A stretch of DNA of 64,000 nucleotides, from the NCBI GenBank assembly GCA_001029775.1, contig CP011215.1:32148-96147 (forward strand), in the 5' to 3' direction. Below are positions 18,542 through 28,400 of this stretch, piece by piece. The stretch comes from Candidatus Campbellbacteria bacterium GW2011_OD1_34_28 (GTDB lineage: Bacteria > Patescibacteriota > Minisyncoccia > Phycocordibacterales > UBA12079). The notes beneath the pieces were generated by a model. That model did not search any database. It was given only the letters and a program-made list of their open reading frames with translations, and was not told the DNA's origin. The number at the start of each line of letters is the position of its first letter. The first letter of the stretch is position 1. The position numbers were made by a program, and so were the translations under genes.

Positions 18542-18696
18542 ATTTATCTTTAGCCAAATTATACCAATAATTAAGGCTAATTTAAACAAAAAAGGGTGCG
18601 TAAGTGTTGATAAATAAATTGAAGCTTATAGCTCTATAGCACAGACGAAAACGAAGCTGACAGCGGACAGTCAATAGCTAACAGCACGGATGATGT

Positions 18697-18872
18697 GGAT
18701 TGCTTCGCTACGCTCGCAATGACGACGAAGGTGACGGAATTTCGTTTTGCGAAATTCCGTCTTCGCGAGGAGTGAAGCGACCTGCCTCGCCGACAGGCAG
18801 GTCGTTTCACCTTCGGTTCGCAAAGACGGACAAAGGCGGGAAATTTGCTTCGCAAATTTCCCGCCTAAATTC
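18697..18872. repeat. REP/RPE-like palindromic composite element, copy 3
   Basis: GGATTGCTTCGCTACGCTCGCAATGAC, hairpin GACGGAATTTCG-TTTTG-CGAAATTCCGTC, CCTGCCTCGCCGACAGGCAGG, GGCGGGAAATTTGC-TTC-GCAAATTTCCCGCC. Confidence 0.85.
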
Positions 18873-18899
18873 TAATTTCTAATTTCTAAATTCTCGTCT

Positions 18900-19874
18900 T
18901 TATTTATATAGCTCTGTCAATTTTTTAACCAAAAAATCTGACAAAGACTTTAAAGATTCATCGTCATAAACAGAAACAGAGACAACATCTTCACAATATT
19001 TTCTCAATTTTTCTTCCGCCTTTTTTGTTGTCTTGCTGTCAACCAAATCAGTCTTTGTCAAAATAATAATCTCGGATTTTTCAGCCAATTCTGGATCAAA
19101 TTTTTTCAATTCATTTTTAATTGTTTTATATGCTTTTACAACATCTTCATTTTCAAGAGAAATACAGTGCAAAAGAAGTTTTGTCCTTTTTATATGTCTT
19201 AAAAACTTGTGTCCCAAACCTTTTCCCTCTGATGCCCCTTCTATAAGCCCCGGAATATCCGCCAAAATATATTTGTACAATTCTCCCAAATTTGGTTCCA
19301 ATGTTGTAAAAGGATAAGCTCCCACTTTTGCATTTGCACGAGTTAATTCGTTAAGCAAAGAAGATTTTCCAGCACTTGGCAAACCGATAAGACCAGCGTC
19401 CGCAATCAATTCTAGCTCAATAAAAAATTCTGCGTCTTCGCCTTTTTTCCCCTCCGTAGATTCTACTGGGCTAGTATTTTTTGAACCCTTAAAATTTTCA
19501 TTTCCCAAACCGCCGTGACCTCCTTTCAAAACCAAAATATTCTCTCCCTCCTTAATCAATTCAAATTTTTCATCAGTTATCAAATTTTTTACAATAGAAC
19601 CAATAGGCAAATCAATAAACAAATCATCACCATTTTTTCCATGCATACTATTTTTCTCTCCATTTCCTCCGTTTTCCGCAGTAAACTTTTTATTTTTTGT
19701 GTAACGAGAAAGAACCTCTATATCTCTAATTGCACGAATATAGACATCGGCACCTTTTCCGCCATTGCCCCCAGCAGGACCCATAAGAGGTTTGTATTTT
19801 TCTCTTCTCCATCTAACAACACCGTCTCCCCCTTTTCCGGCTCTGGCATAAATTTTTAGTTCATCTATTAACAT
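18900..19874 (-). CDS. obgE: GTPase ObgE/CgtA
   Basis: AGKGGDG...RREKY.P..GP.GGNGG.G, GLPSAGKSS, YPFTTLEPNLG, DIPGLIEGA, TKTD. Start placed at MLIDELK. Confidence 0.96.
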   Translation of the reverse strand: MLIDELKIYARAGKGGDGVVRWRREKYKPLMGPAGGNGGKGADVYIRAIRDIEVLSRYTKNKKFTAENGGNGEKNSMHGKNGDDLFIDLPIGSIVKNLITDEKFELIKEGENILVLKGGHGGLGNENFKGSKNTSPVESTEGKKGEDAEFFIELELIADAGLIGLPSAGKSSLLNELTRANAKVGAYPFTTLEPNLGELYKYILADIPGLIEGASEGKGLGHKFLRHIKRTKLLLHCISLENEDVVKAYKTIKNELKKFDPELAEKSEIIILTKTDLVDSKTTKKAEEKLRKYCEDVVSVSVYDDESLKSLSDFLVKKLTELYK

Positions 19875-19918
19875 AAGAGACAGTATATATGTAGCAAAAA
19901 TAAAGAGCAACTTTTATT

Positions 19919-21118
19919 TTATTTATATTTAAGAGCAGTCAAAGGATTAAGCCTTGATGCTTTTATAGAAGGGTAAACTCCTGTGAGCAATCCGATTATT
20001 GTTGAAAAGACAATAATGAAGACAACAAACCAAACTGGTTGATAAAACAGGTCCAATGCCCTTCCACCAAAAGTTTTAGCCAAAATATTGACACCCAAGT
20101 TTGCAATTTCTCCTCCCAAATATCCGACAATAAGACCTCCCAAACCTCCCAAAAAACCCATCAAAATAGATTCAAACAAAAAGAGTTGAACAATATCTTT
20201 TCTTGTTATTCCAATAGCTCTCATAATACCGATTTCATTAATACGCTCCAACAAAGCGATTGTCATTGTGTTAAACATTCCAATAGCAGAAACAAGCAAA
20301 GCGATCAAACCAAACAAGGCCAAGATAATTTGGACTATTTTAAATATTTTATTTGCCTGATCAATAGTATCTGACAAAGATGAAACCAAAAATCCTCTTT
20401 CTATAATACTACTCCTGATACTCTCTATGCTTTCGTTATTTATAGACTTGACCTTCAAAAAATCATATTCAGTCAAACCAAGATCACTTATTGTTTTTTC
20501 AGGAATATAAATAAAATTTGTATCCTGACTCTCTACGACACCAACCACTTTGTATGAATCTTCCCTCTTGAATATTTGATCTTCAAAAGAACCATCTTCT
20601 GTTTCTTTTGAGACGAAGATTGTTAAAAATACTTCTCTTCCTATGATTTCTTGCGGTGTCATATCAAAAAGCTGTGCGCCTGCCGAAGAAATTACGACAC
20701 TGTGCTCATTTTCATCTTCAAAAAATTTCCCTTTCATAGGAAGGATTCCGTCCAGACGAAAAAAAGATGGCGTAACAGAATATACAAGTCCGTCTCCTGT
20801 GAATTCACCTATTGTGATGTGTGCAGATAGATTTACAACAGGACTTACTTCTACTACTCCTGTAATAGATCTGATCTCTTCCAGATCTCTTTGTGTTATT
20901 GTTATCAGATCAGTTGATCCCGCAGAAACATCCAAGCTCAAAAGAGAATCTACTGTCGTAATTTGACCCAAAATTACATTTTGAATACCATAACCCAAGG
21001 ACACAAGAAACAACACGGCTCCAATACCGACGCTTACTCCGAGTATGGTAAGAAATGTTCTAAGAGGTCTAGTCTTGAACATTCTTGTTGATAGTGAAAA
21101 TGTATCAATAATTCTCAT
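19919..21118 (-). CDS. ABC transporter permease, MacB/FtsX family
   Basis: RTFLTILGVSVGI, extracytoplasmic domain, IGMFNTM....LERINEIGIMRAIG, YPS.KASRLNP..AL. Confidence 0.92.
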   Translation of the reverse strand: MRIIDTFSLSTRMFKTRPLRTFLTILGVSVGIGAVLFLVSLGYGIQNVILGQITTVDSLLSLDVSAGSTDLITITQRDLEEIRSITGVVEVSPVVNLSAHITIGEFTGDGLVYSVTPSFFRLDGILPMKGKFFEDENEHSVVISSAGAQLFDMTPQEIIGREVFLTIFVSKETEDGSFEDQIFKREDSYKVVGVVESQDTNFIYIPEKTISDLGLTEYDFLKVKSINNESIESIRSSIIERGFLVSSLSDTIDQANKIFKIVQIILALFGLIALLVSAIGMFNTMTIALLERINEIGIMRAIGITRKDIVQLFLFESILMGFLGGLGGLIVGYLGGEIANLGVNILAKTFGGRALDLFYQPVWFVVFIIVFSTIIGLLTGVYPSIKASRLNPLTALKYK

Positions 21119-21124
21119 AATTTG

Positions 21125-22471
21125 TTAATTCTTGTATTTACCCAAAATTAATAATTCAAATCCTCTAGTCATTTTTTTAGCAGTTCTACTATCCAAACCA
21201 AGTCCTGATTCTTTAATAGGCAAGTCTAATATTTTCTTAAACATTTTAGAGTCGATCTTGTTATCAAGTCTGTCTTTTATAGCATTGTCTAATATTGTCA
21301 ATTGTTGTGATATTTGCAAATCAACGCTAAATGTCTCCAACAAATATTGTCTAATTTGAACCACCTCTTCCAATTCATCAAAGTTTTTATCTTTATTTTT
21401 TTGATCTTCAAGATCTCTAATATTTTTTATTTCATTGATTAAATCAAAAATCTTGTCTGCTATTTTTCTTGCATTTCTCTTATCCATTCCAAGTCCTCCA
21501 TCTTCAACTTCTTTATCCAAATAGTCATAAAAGTTCATCTCGCCTTCTCTTATACCATATTCTAACAACTCTCTGACCTTGGCTTCTATTTTTGAAACAT
21601 CGTCTGCTGTCATACCGATGAGAGCTTCTGTAACAATCTCTTTTGATTTGAAAGGAATAATACTGTTGATTGAATCTAAAATCGAAGGGAACGATCTGGA
21701 CAACAATTCTAATTCTCTAGAAACTGAAATCTGAGGTTTTTGTTCAATTGTTGAGACAACCTTGTCGTTTATTGCTCGGTTTACTTTTGTCTGAATTAAC
21801 ACCCCGTCTTTAATGTGAAAAACTCTGTGGGCATAATCCAAATAAGAAGCGTCGTGAGTAACCAGAATAATTGTCTTCTTTTGTTCATCATTAAGTTGTC
21901 TCAAAAGAGACATAACGTCCGCTGCCGATTTTGAATCGAGGTTACCTACGGGTTCATCCGCCATCAAAATATCTGGATCATTTATTAGAGATCTACAAAC
22001 AGCGACTCTTTGTTGTTGTCCTCCAGAAAGCTCGTTTGGCAATTTGTGAGACTGCAAGCCAACCCCAAATTTGTCTAACAAGTTTTGAGCCTTTTCTTCT
22101 CTCTCTTTAATCTTTGCACCAATGGCAATCTGTGGTAACACAACATTTTTAATAACACTAAGAGAAGCAATCAGATAATATGCCTGAAAAATCATTCCTA
22201 TTTTCTTTTGGTGGAGAGTTTCTATCTCTGATTGTTTAAGTCCGTTCAGTTTTTTATTATCAATATAAACATTTCCCTCGATGTCTGTTTCCAAACCAGA
22301 GATAGAATAAAGCAATGTTGATTTTCCACAACCAGACGGACCAAAGAAAATTATAAATTCTCCTGGAAAAATTTCGAGTGAAATATTTTTCAGTACTTTT
22401 GCTTCATTAGTTTTACCCAAATTATAGGTAACATTTAAATTTTCTACTTTTACAATAGGGTCAATGGACAT
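21125..22471 (-). CDS. ABC transporter ATP-binding protein (LolD/MacB type) with a long C-terminal extension
   Basis: GPSGCGKST, LSGGQQQRV, ADEPVGNLD, VTHD, plus about 215 extra C-terminal residues. Confidence 0.92.
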   Translation of the reverse strand: MSIDPIVKVENLNVTYNLGKTNEAKVLKNISLEIFPGEFIIFFGPSGCGKSTLLYSISGLETDIEGNVYIDNKKLNGLKQSEIETLHQKKIGMIFQAYYLIASLSVIKNVVLPQIAIGAKIKEREEKAQNLLDKFGVGLQSHKLPNELSGGQQQRVAVCRSLINDPDILMADEPVGNLDSKSAADVMSLLRQLNDEQKKTIILVTHDASYLDYAHRVFHIKDGVLIQTKVNRAINDKVVSTIEQKPQISVSRELELLSRSFPSILDSINSIIPFKSKEIVTEALIGMTADDVSKIEAKVRELLEYGIREGEMNFYDYLDKEVEDGGLGMDKRNARKIADKIFDLINEIKNIRDLEDQKNKDKNFDELEEVVQIRQYLLETFSVDLQISQQLTILDNAIKDRLDNKIDSKMFKKILDLPIKESGLGLDSRTAKKMTRGFELLILGKYKN

Positions 22472-22495
22472 AATTAAAATTATTTTATTTAGCTT

Positions 22496-25400
22496 TTATC
22501 TACCGCGAATATCTCCAACCCAACCAAATATATCTTCAACATTTGACATAATTACCTGGAATACAGACTCTCTGTGTCTAGGAGTAAGGATTGTATAAAC
22601 TTTTGACAAACTTACATTTCCTCCAGAGTCGGTGCTTTCTACCCTAAAGCTGTAAACTGTTCCTAGATCAAACGAAGTAATTACAACCACGTGTTTCTTC
22701 GTATATGTGCTGTCTAATTTTGTCATATTGGCTAGTGGTTTGTCCATACCAATAATTCCTTTTTGGTAATAAACTTGACTTGTTGAAGGTTCGTTAGTTA
22801 ACCAAGTGATGATGCTTTGAATTTTACTTTCTTTACCTGTAGAAATAGCTGAATCTGTCTTTACGGAATAAATCAAAGGAGGGAGGTCATCTTCTGATGT
22901 AGAAAAAGTAGGAATCTTTTTGCTTGTGATAGAACCGTCTACACCCTTGCTGGTCAATTCAACATCATAAAATACTCCTGCTTCCAAATTGTCCAATTCA
23001 ATTTCGTGAATAAAACTATTTCTTTTATCCGAAATTGTTGTTGTTTCCTCGATAGAAAGAGTATTATTTCTGTACGGTGTATATCGAACAGTTCCATCTG
23101 CCTCTACGTTTGTAACCCACTGAAAGACAACTGATTCGTTTGAATTTTTCTTTATTGTATAAGAAGAAATTTCCAATTCTTCAGATCTTGTTTTGAAAGT
23201 AAAGTCAGGAGAGTACCCGATTGTTCCTACAGAGGCTTTGCTTCTTACTTGATAATGATAATTCGTCTCTGGTTCCAAATCATAAATCATTACTGTGTGA
23301 TCTGTTGTGCTTGTAGAATTTCCACCTATTACCTGTACATATCCCATCTCATCAGAATTTGTTCCTTTGAAATCTTTTTCCTGAGCAATCGCAACAAAAG
23401 AACCCGCTGGCTTGTCAGTTCTCCAAGAGATGGTTGCTGTCTTGGCTGTTGTCACAACCTTTGGTTCTCCGCTCATAAGAGGTGCAGAGATTCTTGTAGA
23501 CAAATATTCCAAATTAGTAAACTGTTCTGAAACTGTTGTCTCCAAAGTTCCAAGAGAAACTTGAGAAGAAATCTTGAGAGCCAATCCCATTGCCTGTCGC
23601 ACAGTAGAAACAAACAATTCATCCAATTCTTCTGCTGTCATTGTCTTTGACAAAGAGTCATCGCCTTCATTATTTTTTTCCAACTGATCAACAAACGATA
23701 TTGTCTCAAAACTCTTCTCTGGAGAACGATAAACATTTCCGAAAGAATCATTTCCTGCAACCTTAAAGAAATATGTTTTTTCTGGAAGAAGATAATTCAA
23801 ATTTACTTCGTGAATATTACCCATGCTGAGACTTCCTATCGTCGTTCCATAACTATTTGTCAAACCGTACTCGACAAAACCATTAGCGCTTTCATCAGTT
23901 TTCCATCTAATTTTTGCCGAAGTATCTGTTATATTCAAAATTTCTATATCTGAAAATCCTGGAGCCGTAACATCTGCATCACTTTGTCTTCTACTTACAG
24001 CGGCGCCCTGTCTAGCTGCCAATTCTCTTGCCAAAACTTCCGACTCTAAAGAAAGTTCTTCTAGGGTTGTAAAATCTGCTTCATCAGAAACAACACTGTT
24101 TCCATTAGCATCTGAGGAATAAACCCTGTAATAATATTTTGTGCTGGTTGCTAAGTTGATAAGGGCAACTGTGTGATCACGGTTATAATTGACCGCCAAA
24201 GAAGTACTTGTCGCATAATCGCTTATGTCATTACCACTTTCTGGACCAAAATAAACTCTCGCATTTGCATCTTCGTCAGTCGTCCACTGAATAATAGCAG
24301 TCGTATCTGAAATAGAAGAACTATCCGGACCTGTTGTTATAGTCGGAGAGGTTGTATCATTGTTTGTTGTAAAACTATAATAATCTCCAGAAAAATTGTC
24401 TAATGCAATATTACCTTCAGCATCAACAGACTTAACATAGAAATAATAGGTTGTTGCCTGATCCAACCCTGTAATATCTGCAGAGTGCGCAGTTGTAAGA
24501 TTAACTGAACCTTGAAATTCTGAGGAAACACTAAGATCGGGGTTAAGAGAATAAACAACAGCAGTATCAGCAAGAATGTCAGTATTCCAAACTATTGTTA
24601 CCATATTATTATCTACATGAGAAACAAGAACATCAGAAATCACCGCTCCTGGATTTGTTGTAAATGTATATCCTGGACCATCGTTATCGTCAGTATCTGA
24701 ATTTCCTGACAAGTCGGAAGACATTGCTTGGAAATAATATGTTGTATCTGGTGTTAACCCAGTAAGAAAAATTTGGTGCTGTCCGATACCGCTTTCTGAA
24801 TCTGCCATGGTTGAAACACCGACTTCGCCAGAAAATTGATATGGGATTGTTGAATAACCCACAGTTGAACGAGATACCTCGTCAGTATCCCAAGTTACCA
24901 CTGCACTCTGTGTTGTAACTGATCCAACAGAAACATTAGAAATGGTCGGAGGAACATTGTCTCCACCTCCCTGTCCATCAGCGAGTTCGCTCACTTCACT
25001 TGAATAATATGATGATGTACCGTAAGTGTCTTCTGTTGAAATCTTGTAATAATAAGTTGTGGATGTTGCAATTCCGCTATGTACATAATAGTTTGTTGTA
25101 CGAACATTTACTCTATCTAACAAAGAATAGTCGGTTCCGTTTGTAGAAGACCAAATATTGTATCTTCTGAAATTTGTGATATTTGTCGTCGCAGGTTTCC
25201 ATGCCAAAAACATATAGTAACTTCCTGTTACATAGTTTGCGACATCATACGCTTGTAAATTCAAAGCTGTTTCCATTGTCTCAACAGATGCACTAACAGT
25301 ATTTCCCAAAGCATCTCTAAATTGAACATAGGCAATGTCAGGGTCAGTCTCGAGAGTAATTGTGGAAGAACTTTGGTAAGCTTCCCAAGCACCATCGCTA

Positions 25401-28400
25401 TAGTCCGACGCCAATCCGATCTTCATTTCAATAGAATTATCGTCTGACACATCAAAATTTAATGTAGCAGGAGATGTTGTTGCTGTTACAGTAACATAAG
25501 TAGAAGATGTTGCAGGATCTTTTGTATCCAAACTAAACGATGAAGATGTCACGGTCTGACTATTTGATGAACAGGAAGAAACCAATCTTATCTGCATCGT
25601 TTCATTATATGTTCCGTCGTAGTCAATTTTTGCATCCCAAATAATTTGTTTAGCGGTGCTAGAAGAAACACCAGTTCCATAATCACCAGACAAACTGGTT
25701 GCATCCAGCCAACTTGCACCATCCCAATATTTTAACGAAACACTTGATACAGCAGAGCATCCTTCATAAATAGAATAATCATAACCAACGATTACTTTTC
25801 CTAAAGTTCCCGAATCTGTTGATTGAGAAGATGTCAAATTTGAAATTGCAACAGTCGTCAGATTAAAATCGGCTGTCATAGAGCTCGCTATATTATTGGC
25901 AGCTTCGTTGTCGTTTACGGTCACTCTAATTTTTGCTGTAGTTGTTGAAGTATCCAAACCTATCTGTAACTGAGGATCCCATGTCATCGTATAAGTTGAA
26001 TAGCTGGCCTCATCTACTGCTTTGTTGTCAGTAGATGTAGCATTCATTCCGGCTGTTATGTTACCCCATGTCGAACCACCATCAAGAGAATATTCAAATG
26101 AAGGTGTTAATTCATTTGGACTATTTGTTCCTGTGGTTGAGTCTATGTCTCTAACAGAATAAACAATTTCAACAATTCCATCTGTTCTTTGTACTGCAGT
26201 GGCTTCACTTTGGAAATCAGGAGTTTCGTTCACTACATATTCAAGACCCGCGCTAGTTACCATCGGCACAGCACCGTTATCAGATTCCAATGTTATTTTG
26301 TATTGCATCCATTGATCGGCCGTCATATCGGTAAATTCTGTTGAAACATCCGTAATACTGCAGACAATGTCTGTTCCTGTTTTTACACAACTTCCCACAT
26401 CACTTTGAAAAAAACCTCCATCTACATCATCATCTCCTAAAAAGTTCGACGCTGTGTCTGTGTCAGGGGCAGGTCCGTCTGTAGAGGTAGCAGTTCTCAA
26501 CTGAAACTTGACTGCAGTTCCAGCAGGCAAAGATTCGTTCTCGGACCAATTTATTTTTGAAACAATATTTACGATATCATTACTGTTATACCAGCTTGAA
26601 AGAAGTGTCCCTGTTGTAGTTGTGTAATTTATATAATTAAAAGAAATATCTTGTAGTTGAGGCGTTACAGAAATATCTGTGGTTGAAAAAACAACCTGAT
26701 ATTGAATATATTGATCGGTGTTGTTAACACAACTAGAAGCAGACGCAATATCCGTGATGCCTTTATCACTTCGACTGAAAGCGGGACAACTAGAAATGGC
26801 GGTTTCCCCCGAACAAGAAGCATCGTCGCAAGTTCTAACTTTTATTTGTAAATCTGTATCAGTCAAAATAGAGCCAGATTCATTTTCTGTCCAATCGATT
26901 GTTGTTAAACCTGTGTTAGCTCCCAAATTTTGAATATCTGATGTATATACACCCGAAGATTCATACTCAACCACGATGTTCAGTGAAGAAGTGTTTGCCG
27001 TCGGAGCAGTAGTTCCAGAAATATTACTAGATTTCACATGGATGCGTCCTACACCTCCATCCCCACCATCAACACTTCCACAATCATCACTTGTACCATC
27101 ACCCGCTCCACCAGAAGCCGTAACATGTGAAGCCGTGCCAAGAACTACGGAATTACCTGTCAGATAAATAGATCCTCCCGATCCGCCCCCGTTAGGAGAG
27201 GTGTGCAAAGTCGGACTTGTTCCATTGCTGACAATGTTTCCAACGGAGGAATTTATAGAACCTGCACCAATATACACTATACCACCACCATCTCCACCAG
27301 TATCTCCAAAATTGGCAGCCGTACCTCCTGCGCTTCCAAGATAAAATTTGCTTAAATCTGCAATTCCATAAATAGATCCTCCAACAGCAGGAGCCATCCC
27401 TTGTCCTACAGCTCCATATCCTCCACCTGCACCAGTTGCAATAAAACAAAAAGGATCATCTAAATAATATGCCCCACCTCCTCCAAGATTAGCACTCGTA
27501 GAAACTGCACCTAGTTTACTATATGATTCTCCTTGCACAGCAGTAACAGCAGATCCCCTAAATCCTTTTCCTGTCATATTAATACTTCCGCCACTTCCAA
27601 CTGTTACAGCACCACTCGCCAAAAACGCCAATACTCCACCTTTGGATCCATTCCAATCGCTGGCTGTCAAAACACCTCCCGAAATTGTTAGGTCGGTATA
27701 ACGAGGAACTCTTTGCAACATCACTCTTTGGTTTGTTGTTGCTGTTCCTATGTTGGTATCGTCGGAATCAGTACCGTCTCCATAATATTTTGTTTTGTTG
27801 CTAGCGAAAGTAACTGTATTTGAAGAAACAGACAGTACTTCAAAGATTTCATAATTTCCAACATTTCCATAGTTTGAGGCTGTTCCTTGCAAATTTATTA
27901 ATAAAACAGAATCTCCTGCGGATAAACAGCCAGCGGAAGGAGATGTTGACAAAGTAGCCGTGTTTGAAGAAAGTGCTGTAGCACTATAAGAAACTCCGTC
28001 TCCTCCATCGGCACAACTTCTTCCACTTGCAAGAGTATCAGTATTTATATTTACAGTTCCGCTAGAAATAGTAACGCTACCGTCTGCGTAAGTTCCTTCG
28101 GGAATTTCTTCCAACTCAATGCTTCCTGCGGTTTGAGTTCTGCTTGTACTGCTATCTGTCCCACCAGAAAAATCGGTATCAGTATGAGTGTCTTCTGCTT
28201 TGTCTATTCTATTAAAATTAATTGTTGCAGAAGATAGCGCAGATGTCTGCGATAAATCCGACGATGCACCAAAAGTCACTTTGTATTGAACATATCTATT
28301 TCCATCTGTAACACAAGGATCGCTAGATATATCATTTCCACTTGTAATATTTGAACAGCTTGTCCAATTATTAGCACCAGCCATATCTGTACTAGTTCCT

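Noticed and set aside
8600-18589. Prophage, suggested by tail-fibre-like S74 domains
   Set aside because: No capsid, terminase, portal, integrase or lysis genes. The proteins have TM anchors and sit among housekeeping genes.
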